A stretch of 64,000 bases of DNA. It comes from an uncultured virus (IMG/VR IMGVR_UViG_3300006127_000002) (taxonomy: Duplodnaviria > Heunggongvirae > Uroviricota > Caudoviricetes). Location of the stretch: IMG/VR virus record IMGVR_UViG_3300006127_000002; one strand, written 5' to 3'. Below the pieces are notes generated by a model, which saw only the letters and a program-made list of their open reading frames with translations, had not been told where the DNA came from and did not search any database. This document shows, in pieces, positions 45,300 through 54,973 of the stretch (position 1 is the stretch's first letter; each line of letters opens with the position of its first letter). The position numbers were made by a program, and so were the translations under genes.

Positions 45300-48200
45300 G
45301 TGGTGATGGTACAAGAATTTACCCCACAAGAACTTGGTATACAAGCTCAAAAAGAATATACCCCTGAAGAACTTGGTATAACTACCAAACAAAAAGAATA
45401 CACACCTGAGGAGCTTGGTGTTATCCCTAAGGTAGAAGAACCCAGTGCGCAACAAGGGCCTAAAACACAAAACCCTTTTATGGGTCTAGCATCAAGAGCT
45501 GCTAGTCTAGCTGGTGAAGGTGTAGAAGGTGTAGCAAGAGTAGCTGAAAATGTTGGGGACTATCTTGAATCTAAACTTCCTATATCAGGTGTATCTGAAG
45601 AAGATTTAAAGAATAAACAACAATTACAACCTTTGTTTGATTTTGCAAAGTCCCTAAAAGATTGGGGTAAAGATATCGGCTATGCGCCTACCACAACATT
45701 GGGGGAATTGCCCGGTAAACCTCTTCTGTTAGTTCCGTTTATTGCTGAAAGGATCATATCTTCCTCTCCAGATATGGCAGCTGCTATGGTGGCTAGCCCT
45801 GCGTATATAACAGCCCGTACTAATGAAATACTAAATAACCGCCTCCAGAACGACAAAAAATCTTTAGAGGATGCAACAGTTGCCGACGTTGCCACTTCCG
45901 CTGCCGGAGCCGTGGTTGAGACTTACCTAGAAAGATTTGCTACTAAAGGGTTGTTAAAAGGACAACACGTAACCGGGGCTACTGCTGGTACGAGAATAGC
46001 TAAAGAGGCCGGTATACAGTTTGGTACGGAAGCTGCCGAAGAAGTTGCATCTGGATTAGCTGAAACGGTTGGTACAGAAAAGGGTGTAGACCCAAAAGAG
46101 CTAGCATTGCAAGCGTTGGAAGCTGGTATTGTTGGGGGTGGTTTAGGTGCAACAGTTCAAGGGGGTAAGGAAGTATTTACCCAGCAAGGGCAACAAGCAG
46201 CGCCACCGCCCGGACCAAAGGTAGAATCTGCTGCAGGTACACCAATACCTACAATGCCCCTTGATACGGCAGAGAAACAAGGGCAAGCACAAGCTGCAGG
46301 ACAGACAATTCCACAAACTCCTGTTAAAGTAGATGAAAAGGCAGTACTAGATTTAGCTGTTGAGCTTGAGCAGGAATATGGCATCCCTAAAGATACCGCC
46401 GTAGCGATGGCTCGTCAAAGATTAGAAGGGGAGTTAAATGGAAGACCACCTACTAGAGTTGACACCGGAACAAGTGAGCAAGGCGTTTCATTGCCTAGCG
46501 ATGGAGGAACCACCGCCGGAGGACCTGAGGCACTTAGTCCTGAACGATTGGCTAGCGTTAGCGGACCTGCTGGACGGGTTGATGAAGGAGAAGGACTTCA
46601 GCCAAGTGCATTAGCACCAGAAGTATCCGAAGTAGATGCAAAAGCTGCGCAGTTAAGAGAAGCTGAAATAAAGCTTGTAGAAGCAGATACGCCTGAAATT
46701 AAGAAAGAAGCGCAGGTTGAAGTTAACAAGGCTAGACAAGAGCTAAAGAAGGCGGAAGCTAAACTAGAAAAAGCTGAAACCACAACTGAGGTAACTCCAG
46801 TAACTGCAATACCAACCGCACCAGAAGAAGTTGCGGCTACCCCGCCAGTAGCCCAAGTTACACCAAAAAATGCGCAACAAGAAGAAGTTGCTCCCGCCAC
46901 AGAAACCGCAATAAACCCATCAACTAAAAAATGGTTTGGTAATAGTAAAGCTGTAGATAGTGAGGGTAAACCATTAGTTTTATATCGGGGGTTAGTAGGT
47001 GGGGCAGTTGACCCGTTTTCTGGGAGACCCGGATATGCAATTTTTACTTCAGACAACCCATACATAGCTTCGTCTTATGCAGGAGACCCTACCGCAGAAT
47101 TTGGGGTAACTGGTGGGGTTGTATACCCCATGTACGCTAAAGTTGACAACGTAACTGAGTTTCAATTAGATAGGAATGGGTTATTTGATAAATTTGAATT
47201 CGATAAAAAAGCACGTACCTTAAAACCCGGAGAAGCATTAGTAGCCAGAAATGTAATGGATACTGGACCACGTATGTCTTCAAGTATGGCGCAAGGATAT
47301 GCCAAAAAAAGTGGGGATGTTTGGGCATTTGGTAACGGTACTAAATTTCAATCAGCTATAGCTGAGCCAGTTGTAGAAAAGAAAGCAAGAACGCCGTTAC
47401 AAAAAGCACAAGCAAAGACTGCTAATGCAGAAAGCCGATACGCAGACAAGCTAATAAGTGACCTTGCGGTTGAACCAAACAATCTAGAAGAGGCCGAAAG
47501 CCTTGAGCAAGCTGCTTCTTGGGATAAAACAAATAAAACCCAACGTAACAATCTGGTTGAAGGTTTGGTTGAGCTTACACAAAGACCTCACAAAGCGGCA
47601 AAAGAAAAAGCTGCCGCTGCACTGACTGCAAATAATGTAACCCCAGAAGAGGTAGCCCTAGCCAAGGATCGTATCGCTGCTAAGAAAAAAGCAAATATCC
47701 CGACGGTTCTTGAACAGCATAGGATTGATAATCCACCACGTAAACGGAAAGCAAAAGAACTTGCACCTAACGCCAAATTATCAGATAGAGTTTCTCTTGC
47801 TGCGCAGTTAGTAGATTTGGTAAGGGGCGCTAGGCTTGCAGCTTATAAGACCGCAACGGCTGCTATAGATCATATAGTAAAGACCGGGAATGCTTTTGAA
47901 AGGACTCTTGCCCAACGCCTAAAACCATTCCTAAAAGATGTCAATTACATAGTTGCACAATCAGAAGCAGACTTACCTGATATCTCCCTGCGTGACGGAC
48001 AAAGTTTAAAAGACAAGTTTAAAGACGCCAACGGTATTTACTTTACGACCGAAGATGGCAAAAAGTATTTGATTTTACGGGGCGATAAGTTTGAAGGTGG
48101 TGGCGGGTTAACCTTTAAAACATTCCTGCATGAAGCCGTGCATGGTGCAACCATTGAGCAGATTGCAGAATACGAAAGAGCAGTTGCAGAAGGACTCCCA

Positions 48201-51200
48201 GTAGACCCACGCCTTGAACGGTTAATAACTGAGCTTAAAGATATCGTCGATGAGACGGCAGCAGCGTATACAGAAGCCAAAATGATGGGGCAAGAAGTCC
48301 CTGCTGCACTAGATAGATTGTTCTCTGCTCGCAAAAAAGGCGGCGTAGGCATATTAGACGACTTAAAAGAATTTGTTGCCTATGGTATGACTGAGCCTGA
48401 TGTGCAAGAGTTCTTAGCTAATACCCAAGGTAAAGCAAAGCAAGGTGCGCCGGGGTTCTTTAAGAATCTGTTTACTAAATTTGTACGTGCGCTAGCTAAC
48501 GCATTCGGTATGCCCGAAGGAAGTGTTAACGCTTTCCAAGACTTGATGCTTGTTACCGAAGGGCTGATGCAGTATACGCCTAAAGATGTCAAGGCTGTAG
48601 AAGGTGCGGCAGAAAAACTTGATAAGGTTCAAGAAAAAGTAGATGCGGACCTAAAAAAGCTGGAGCTATCAAAAGACGCTACGGAAATGACGGGGCTATT
48701 AGGTGGCCTTGCACGTTCACGTAATGCACAAGATTTTAATGACTTAATGAACGCCAGCCTCCCTGCTATGGGTAATGCGTTTATAACTAAGTTATTAGGT
48801 GCTATGCAATCGGTGGATATCGTGCGTTGGATGGGGGATAAGATACCTGCGCTTAAACGCATAGACGATACAACCCAACATATGTCTGCAATGCGTATCA
48901 ATATGCGGGCGGCTTTTTCTAAGAAGGCTGAACAAATAAGCAAGTTTATTCGTAGTGCTAAAAATGCTAAGAATACTCTTGCTGATGCCATGCACTTAGC
49001 TCGTCTAGTAGGTATAAGTCCTGTAGAACATGCGAATGCTAATGACGCTATTAAGAACGATAGCCAACTGAATTCCCTTAGGGCTACTCTAAATGACCCC
49101 AACATAAACGAAGCTACCCGTAAAGCTACCCAATCAGAAATAGATACTCGCACTGCAGGTATCCAAGAGGTCTATAAAAAATGGGATGCGCTAGGTGAGT
49201 TTAAGGGTGGACATGATATTTATAAAATGGTTCGTAAGTTCTACAAAGACAACTACGAATTAACTAGACATCTGCTTGACCGTAGAATCAACTCGATGCA
49301 AATTGAAGGCAGTATAAATGACCCTAATACGCCAAAAGGAAAGTTGATGGCAGCGGTTCGCCAAATGCAAGAAGAGGCGGATAAAAAGGGTGAGTACTTT
49401 CCATTTATGCGTGAAGGCAACTACTGGTTGCGGGTGAACGGACCTAAAGGTAGAGAATTTTATTTATTCGAATCTGGTACTGCACGTAACTTATTCTTGC
49501 TCAAACGTGCTAGAGATTTGGGCGTAGACAATAAGAGCGATATATTTAAAGCTGGCGACAACATGGGCGCATTGCGCAACGAATTCAGTGGCGAGAGTAA
49601 GATGCTAACTGATATGTTCTCTGCAATCGATGCGGCTACTGCAAAGACGGACTTTGATAAAGAAGCTCTTAAGGATCAGTTATACCAGACGTACTTGATG
49701 ACTCTTCCAGAAAAGAGCTTCCGTAAGCAATTCTTACATGCTGACAAAGTAACTGGTTTCAGTTCGGATGTGTTGCGCAACTTTAAAGTATCTGCAACCC
49801 GTATGGCTAACCAAGCTGCTAAGTTGCGTTATGGTTCTGACCTAGAAAATGAATTGCAAAGCGGTCGTGACAACCTAGAAGGCATGCCCGCACAAGCTCG
49901 TGCTAAATATGAGCTGTTTATAAACGAGTTCAAGCAAAGAGCTATGCAAGAAATGAACCCTCCTGAGCAGGGCTTCTTAACAACGAAGATAAACCAATTT
50001 GCTTACTACTGGCTTCTTACCAGCGCAGCGTCTGCAGCTACGCAACTTGCGTCTGTCCCCATCATGGTTATGCCAACACTAAACCAACAGTATGGTTATG
50101 GCGCTGCCGCTAAGAAGTTTGCCAAGTACGCTAACATATTTAAAGCCGTTGGGGTTAACAAAGTAGAAGCTAACGGAGACGTTACCCATACATCACCTTC
50201 AATAGGTTCTTCTTCGATTGTTAGGGGTAGCGATCTAGCCCAACGTGCATTCCAAGAGGCGGTGGATAGAGGGCTTACTACAACTACTAATACGTCTATC
50301 CTTACAAATCGTAACCGTACTCCGTCTAATATTGCAGAGAGCGTTGCCGGTGCAGCACTACAAAAGACTGCCCGTGTTATGTCTGCTTTGTTTAACGGAG
50401 CTGAACGTCTTAGCCGTGAAATGACTTACATGATGACGTTCGAGCTTGAATACGAAAAGACCAAAGACTTCGAAGCGTCGGTACAAAAAGCTATTGATAC
50501 CACTCAAGAATTGCTAGGCCGTTACGACAACTTTAACCGTCCTCGCTATATGCAGAACTTTGTAGGTAAAACGCTTGGGCAGTTTAAGATGTATGCAGTT
50601 AACATGACTTCGTTCTTTGTACGTAATATGTACCACGCAATGAATGTGACTAATCCTAAGGAAATGCTGCCAGCTCTCCATCGCTTAAGTGGGGTACTGG
50701 TTATGGGTGGTATGTTCCACGGGTTAGTTGGTATGCCTCTGTACAGCACAATATGTGCAGCAATTGATGCCGCTATGGATATGTTTGGCGACGAAGAAGA
50801 AAAGAAAAAGCGCCGCCGCAAGAATCCGTTAACCGCTGATAATTCCGATTTACGGTTCCGTTATGAATTCTTACCAAAAATGTTCGGTACACCTACAATT
50901 ACTGGGCTGGACGGTAAAGAGCATACACTAGCTAAAATATTAGAAAAAGGTGCAATTTCTGAGCTGACTGACATGAACATCGGTTCACGTACCTCTTTTG
51001 ATGGTTTATGGTTCCGTGGTGCAAAGGAAGGCAAAACTGCTTTAGAGACCGTACAGAACTATGTACTAGCTAACTTAGGCCCCGGTGTATCAACTGGTAT
51101 TAATATGGTAGGGGCATTAGATGATTTCCATAACGGGCAGATATTGCGTGGGTTAGAGAAGCTCGTACCTGCGTTCTTCCGTGGTGCAGTAACTGCTGAG

Positions 51201-51635
51201 AGACTAAGAGAAGAGGGTGCTACAACCAAAACAGGATTGCCGGTACTAAAAAAAGACGAAATAACTCCAATTACATTAGCTGCTCAAACGCTAGGATTTC
51301 AAAGCACTCGATTATCTAGTCGCCAAGAGGCTAACTTCAATCTAATGAAAGAAGAGATAAAAGCCTCCAGAGAACGCACGGATGTGCTTAAGCAATTAGA
51401 CACAGCGCTGCTTGAAAAAAATAAAGATAACAAAGATATCCAAAAAGCAATTAATCAGATACGACAGTTTAATAATAGGTATCCCGCAGAGAAATATATT
51501 ATTACGCCGGACACTATAACAAATTCTATCAAAGCCGCTGTGGAGAAAAGAGGGTTATCGTTCCACGGAATGCAGATAGATAAAAAATTAGCTCCGTACC
51601 TGATACCAACGCTCAAGAACGCTTCTCCCAAATAA
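45300..51635 (+). CDS. Giant polyvalent/ejection protein: ADP-ribosyltransferase-like domain, zincin HExxH domain, helical C-terminal region
   Basis: WFGNSKAVDSEGKPLVLYRG..IFTSDNPYIASSYA..VYPMY (about 46925-47355); FLHEAVHG...EFVAYG (about 48123-48390). True start may be ATG 45306. Confidence 0.8.
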   Translation: MVMVQEFTPQELGIQAQKEYTPEELGITTKQKEYTPEELGVIPKVEEPSAQQGPKTQNPFMGLASRAASLAGEGVEGVARVAENVGDYLESKLPISGVSEEDLKNKQQLQPLFDFAKSLKDWGKDIGYAPTTTLGELPGKPLLLVPFIAERIISSSPDMAAAMVASPAYITARTNEILNNRLQNDKKSLEDATVADVATSAAGAVVETYLERFATKGLLKGQHVTGATAGTRIAKEAGIQFGTEAAEEVASGLAETVGTEKGVDPKELALQALEAGIVGGGLGATVQGGKEVFTQQGQQAAPPPGPKVESAAGTPIPTMPLDTAEKQGQAQAAGQTIPQTPVKVDEKAVLDLAVELEQEYGIPKDTAVAMARQRLEGELNGRPPTRVDTGTSEQGVSLPSDGGTTAGGPEALSPERLASVSGPAGRVDEGEGLQPSALAPEVSEVDAKAAQLREAEIKLVEADTPEIKKEAQVEVNKARQELKKAEAKLEKAETTTEVTPVTAIPTAPEEVAATPPVAQVTPKNAQQEEVAPATETAINPSTKKWFGNSKAVDSEGKPLVLYRGLVGGAVDPFSGRPGYAIFTSDNPYIASSYAGDPTAEFGVTGGVVYPMYAKVDNVTEFQLDRNGLFDKFEFDKKARTLKPGEALVARNVMDTGPRMSSSMAQGYAKKSGDVWAFGNGTKFQSAIAEPVVEKKARTPLQKAQAKTANAESRYADKLISDLAVEPNNLEEAESLEQAASWDKTNKTQRNNLVEGLVELTQRPHKAAKEKAAAALTANNVTPEEVALAKDRIAAKKKANIPTVLEQHRIDNPPRKRKAKELAPNAKLSDRVSLAAQLVDLVRGARLAAYKTATAAIDHIVKTGNAFERTLAQRLKPFLKDVNYIVAQSEADLPDISLRDGQSLKDKFKDANGIYFTTEDGKKYLILRGDKFEGGGGLTFKTFLHEAVHGATIEQIAEYERAVAEGLPVDPRLERLITELKDIVDETAAAYTEAKMMGQEVPAALDRLFSARKKGGVGILDDLKEFVAYGMTEPDVQEFLANTQGKAKQGAPGFFKNLFTKFVRALANAFGMPEGSVNAFQDLMLVTEGLMQYTPKDVKAVEGAAEKLDKVQEKVDADLKKLELSKDATEMTGLLGGLARSRNAQDFNDLMNASLPAMGNAFITKLLGAMQSVDIVRWMGDKIPALKRIDDTTQHMSAMRINMRAAFSKKAEQISKFIRSAKNAKNTLADAMHLARLVGISPVEHANANDAIKNDSQLNSLRATLNDPNINEATRKATQSEIDTRTAGIQEVYKKWDALGEFKGGHDIYKMVRKFYKDNYELTRHLLDRRINSMQIEGSINDPNTPKGKLMAAVRQMQEEADKKGEYFPFMREGNYWLRVNGPKGREFYLFESGTARNLFLLKRARDLGVDNKSDIFKAGDNMGALRNEFSGESKMLTDMFSAIDAATAKTDFDKEALKDQLYQTYLMTLPEKSFRKQFLHADKVTGFSSDVLRNFKVSATRMANQAAKLRYGSDLENELQSGRDNLEGMPAQARAKYELFINEFKQRAMQEMNPPEQGFLTTKINQFAYYWLLTSAASAATQLASVPIMVMPTLNQQYGYGAAAKKFAKYANIFKAVGVNKVEANGDVTHTSPSIGSSSIVRGSDLAQRAFQEAVDRGLTTTTNTSILTNRNRTPSNIAESVAGAALQKTARVMSALFNGAERLSREMTYMMTFELEYEKTKDFEASVQKAIDTTQELLGRYDNFNRPRYMQNFVGKTLGQFKMYAVNMTSFFVRNMYHAMNVTNPKEMLPALHRLSGVLVMGGMFHGLVGMPLYSTICAAIDAAMDMFGDEEEKKKRRRKNPLTADNSDLRFRYEFLPKMFGTPTITGLDGKEHTLAKILEKGAISELTDMNIGSRTSFDGLWFRGAKEGKTALETVQNYVLANLGPGVSTGINMVGALDDFHNGQILRGLEKLVPAFFRGAVTAERLREEGATTKTGLPVLKKDEITPITLAAQTLGFQSTRLSSRQEANFNLMKEEIKASRERTDVLKQLDTALLEKNKDNKDIQKAINQIRQFNNRYPAEKYIITPDTITNSIKAAVEKRGLSFHGMQIDKKLAPYLIPTLKNASPK
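45311..45423 (+). repeat. Three tandem repeats encoding E[FY]TP[QE]ELG[IV]
   Basis: QEFTPQELGI / KEYTPEELGI / KEYTPEELGV. Confidence 0.8.
46438..46614 (+). CDS. Candidate nested (+1 frame) 58-aa protein inside the giant gene
   Basis: AAGGGGAG RBS then ATG; MEDHLLELTPEQVSKAFHCLAMEEPPPEDLRHLVLNDWLALADLLDGLMKEKDFSQVH. Confidence 0.5.
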   Translation: MEDHLLELTPEQVSKAFHCLAMEEPPPEDLRHLVLNDWLALADLLDGLMKEKDFSQVH

Positions 51636-51660
51636 AAAAACCCCCGCACTGAGCGGGGGA
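51634..51660 (-). terminator. Terminator between the convergent structural and replication operons
   Basis: CCCCCGC-actga-GCGGGGG hairpin preceded by A7 (U-tail on the minus strand). Confidence 0.85.
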
Positions 51661-51693
51661 AAGCACTTCCAAGGAAAACAAAGCTATTATAGC

Positions 51694-51888
51694 TTAGACA
51701 CGCCACACTCGTATGCCTCGAATGCCCTCTTCAATCACGGTCTTCATAACTATGTTCATCTTAGATTTCCTAGCTACTTCTCTCAAAGTCTTTTTAGCCT
51801 CGGTGCAAGCTATGCAGGGTATAAAAAAAGAATACCCCGGTTTAAACTTGCGCCAGTTAATGTTGTAGTCAACTTGGTCGATTTTCAT
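51694..51888 (-). CDS. Small conserved protein
   Basis: W..FKPGYSFFIP...GIRVWRV; overlaps the primase end. Confidence 0.7.
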   Translation of the reverse strand: MKIDQVDYNINWRKFKPGYSFFIPCIACTEAKKTLREVARKSKMNIVMKTVIEEGIRGIRVWRV

Positions 51889-54682
51889 TCGGTAGCTGCG
51901 GGGCTATCAAACCGTCCATATCCAAGAACCCCGGATCGGAGCAATCAAAGACTAGCGTGTTAACTGCAGGGGAAACGATCTTCATGCCTTTGGACATACG
52001 CTTATTCATCGTCTCCTTAAAGAACCCACGGCGTCTCAACTCCTGCAGGGTATCCTTATAGTTAATCTGCCGCTCCACGCAATCCGAACGGAAATCACGG
52101 GTAACAACATATAGCTGCTTGGTGTCAGGCTCATATCGGATAAGTAGTTGTCCTTTTGGTTCAAGGCTCGGCAACGATGCGGTTGACGTGCGGTTATCAT
52201 TGTCGGCTTTCACTACCAAGATGTTTTGCATGTGCCGGTTGATATAGTCGCCCAGAATGCTAGGTGCATCGTCGAGTGGGGGTTTAATCTCATGGCGCAT
52301 ACCCTTAACTGCTTCAGCGGCCCAGTTAAATATGGCGTTCATATCGTAGTCATGCAGCTTCAAGCGCTTAGCAATAACGCCACCGGCTATGTTACATGCA
52401 ACCAAACCAGACCAGAAACGCTCAGGGGCAGTAAGTCTTAGTGCTTGGTCGATCATGGATTGGGCTTTATCGAAAATCCTCTTGGCCTCATCCTTGTTGT
52501 TAACCAACCATTGCAGATATATTTCCCCTGCATGCCCATAGTTTTCACGTAGCTGGTGGTCGAACATGCGCTTACCTTCTTCTACGGAAATAATATCAGT
52601 CGGGGCAATCTCATATTCAAACAACCGAAGCATCTCAGCGTTAGCACCGGCTTTAGCACTACTTAGTTTTTCATAGAAGCTGGCGTTTGAACTTGCTAGG
52701 GATATGGTTTGCCATGTTGTAGAGTTGTCACGTAATTCGTTGGTCGCCCCCTTCATACGATCTTTACCACGACCTTGTGACATACCGTAGGCCAAGTCAG
52801 AGAAGTCCTCTGCGGATATGTTAGTGATCTCATCCACGGTGTAGGGCAAGTTATTCAGTAAGCCCAAGCGTTGCATCTTAGCGTTGTTGGTGTCCTTCCA
52901 GATAGAACATAATGCCTCAGGTGCGCCGTATACGCTGTTACACATAAACAATGCGGTTGACTTACCCGAACCACCTTTCTTGAACATTACGTTAATGATT
53001 GCGCCTTTCAACCCAGTAAGTTTAAATAGTGGCGCACCAAAAGCAGTCAGCGCAGCGAAAGCATTACCCTCAAGTCCGGGCTTGGCGTACAGATTAAATA
53101 CTTCTTTCCACTTCTCTAACGTACCTGCGGGTTGCAAATAGTGGGCTAGAGCTTTCGTAACCGATGACGGAGGACTACCAAATATACCGTCCTTGCTAAT
53201 TTCCCTGTCACCAAGAATAAACTTGGTATCGTTTTCTACCCATCCGAATTGAGTTCTCATAATTTCTGCCTTGTGCTTATACTGAAGTGTCTTAACAAAT
53301 ATGTTCATATATGTCGCTAGGTGTGCCATTTGTGACGTAGAACCTGCTACACCATTTTTAGCTAACACTTTGCGTAATTCATCTTTAACTGTAATTATTG
53401 AATTGGGTACTACAAACTCCTTAACACCATCCATAGGTAAGTGCAATCTAACCAAAGCTGATAAACCATCAGCAGGGTCTTCCATAAGTTTTACTACGTA
53501 CAAGTCATGCTCGTACACACAAATAGGTTCGGCTTCATCTTTGCCCGGAGGTAAATAAATTCCACCGCCAGCCCCTCGTTTATATGGGGACGGATACTTA
53601 GGTATAACTATTGTTGGTTCGTCGGTAAACTCAAGTTCGCCTGATTCTTCTTCAGGTTCTTCTGCTTCTACCACTTCCTTGCTAAGTGCAATCGGTCCGG
53701 GGATTTTCCCTTTCCATTTACATCCATCACAGCCACCGGGATTATGCTTCTCAAACGTCTCGCATTTATGTGGCCCTGCGCTATCTCCACCTTGGCTAGC
53801 CTTACGTTCGGTAGCAATAGGGTCGTAGTCTGGATGCTTGTTAGACATCATGTGAATAGCCTTTTCCCTATCGATGCACTGATTAGCAACGGTAAGTGAT
53901 GACCACCACAAAGGCTCGGGCGTTTCTTCTTGGTTTAGAAAAGCGTAGTTAAGCTGTTGACATCCGTTCTCCCCACGGATCATTATGTTTTTGAAACGCT
54001 GCACGGTGTTGCCCATAGCCGCAAGCGTGATTTCATTCGGTTCAAATTTTGGATCGATCGTGCCAAAAATTGGTGATAGTTCCTTTACCCCGATAAGAGA
54101 CTTGAATGTCTCGAATTCTACAGGCGCACCTACCTCCATGATCTCAACCGGCAACGGCGGGTCTTGCTTAAAATTTAACGTACCGGGTATACGTAATATG
54201 CGAGATGCTTCCATCACCGCATGGTCAACCATAAACTTGTGGGTACTGCAGAGTTCCTTCAACCGGGCAGCGAGAGGCTCCCATTGTTGTCTTGTTACAT
54301 TTTCGGTGAACGTCCAGTAGACATGTAGCCCACGACCTGAGCTAACTATGATGGGTGCAGGGAGTCCTACAAGATCAATAAACTCCCTCAATGCAACCAG
54401 TCCGGCGGCTTGATCGGCATAGGGTTTTCCCTCACCGCAATCTATATCTAGCCAGACGCTCTTAAGTGCTAAAACATTATCCTTAGTGCGTGATTTGTTT
54501 GTAGCGTATTTTGCGCATCCAAAAAATACATTGTTATTGTTATCTACGAATTCCTTGGCAACTGCATCTACTTCTTCCCGAGTTTGAACAAACTTCTGCT
54601 TGGTACTTGTACCCTTTATCCCAACCACAGCGTACCACCCTTCTTCAGGAAGTACTGTATTCAAAAGGTCAATCGTAACCAT
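51869..54682 (-). CDS. Primase-helicase (RepB-like primase + DUF927-type + P-loop helicase)
   Basis: WLDID, SSGRGLHVYW and LRIPGT primase motifs; C..C..C zinc site; QFGW; GGSGKST Walker A; TVDE Walker B. Confidence 0.88.
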   Translation of the reverse strand: MVTIDLLNTVLPEEGWYAVVGIKGTSTKQKFVQTREEVDAVAKEFVDNNNNVFFGCAKYATNKSRTKDNVLALKSVWLDIDCGEGKPYADQAAGLVALREFIDLVGLPAPIIVSSGRGLHVYWTFTENVTRQQWEPLAARLKELCSTHKFMVDHAVMEASRILRIPGTLNFKQDPPLPVEIMEVGAPVEFETFKSLIGVKELSPIFGTIDPKFEPNEITLAAMGNTVQRFKNIMIRGENGCQQLNYAFLNQEETPEPLWWSSLTVANQCIDREKAIHMMSNKHPDYDPIATERKASQGGDSAGPHKCETFEKHNPGGCDGCKWKGKIPGPIALSKEVVEAEEPEEESGELEFTDEPTIVIPKYPSPYKRGAGGGIYLPPGKDEAEPICVYEHDLYVVKLMEDPADGLSALVRLHLPMDGVKEFVVPNSIITVKDELRKVLAKNGVAGSTSQMAHLATYMNIFVKTLQYKHKAEIMRTQFGWVENDTKFILGDREISKDGIFGSPPSSVTKALAHYLQPAGTLEKWKEVFNLYAKPGLEGNAFAALTAFGAPLFKLTGLKGAIINVMFKKGGSGKSTALFMCNSVYGAPEALCSIWKDTNNAKMQRLGLLNNLPYTVDEITNISAEDFSDLAYGMSQGRGKDRMKGATNELRDNSTTWQTISLASSNASFYEKLSSAKAGANAEMLRLFEYEIAPTDIISVEEGKRMFDHQLRENYGHAGEIYLQWLVNNKDEAKRIFDKAQSMIDQALRLTAPERFWSGLVACNIAGGVIAKRLKLHDYDMNAIFNWAAEAVKGMRHEIKPPLDDAPSILGDYINRHMQNILVVKADNDNRTSTASLPSLEPKGQLLIRYEPDTKQLYVVTRDFRSDCVERQINYKDTLQELRRRGFFKETMNKRMSKGMKIVSPAVNTLVFDCSDPGFLDMDGLIAPQLPNENRPS

Positions 54683-54736
54683 CGTATGTTCCAGAGACGG
54701 CAAAGCCGGGGGCGAACCCCCTAGCATAAGCCAATA

Positions 54737-54973
54737 TTATTTTTGCTTAAACGAGTCGAGCAATTCTTTAATCAGCGCAGCGCATGCAGCGTGTGGGGTA
54801 TGCAAACCAGTAAACCAGTTATACACAGTCATACGACTAACCCCTAACTGCTTCGCTATCTGACTAACAGGAATGTCGTGCTTGATGCACTTACGCCCTA
54901 GAGAAACCCCAAGGTGTGATACATCAGCCTTCCTATTCGCCTCGATAAGCCTCGAACTATATCCGTAGCTCAT
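54737..54973 (-). CDS. HTH (Cro/XRE-like) DNA-binding protein
   Basis: VSQIAKQLGVSRMTVYNWFTG. Confidence 0.85.
   Translation of the reverse strand: MSYGYSSRLIEANRKADVSHLGVSLGRKCIKHDIPVSQIAKQLGVSRMTVYNWFTGLHTPHAACAALIKELLDSFKQK

Noticed and set aside
54707..54721. GGGGG-TTCG-CCCCC hairpin (minus strand) before the primase as a terminator
   Set aside because: No U-tract follows; it may be a stability or processing hairpin but there is not enough evidence to call it.
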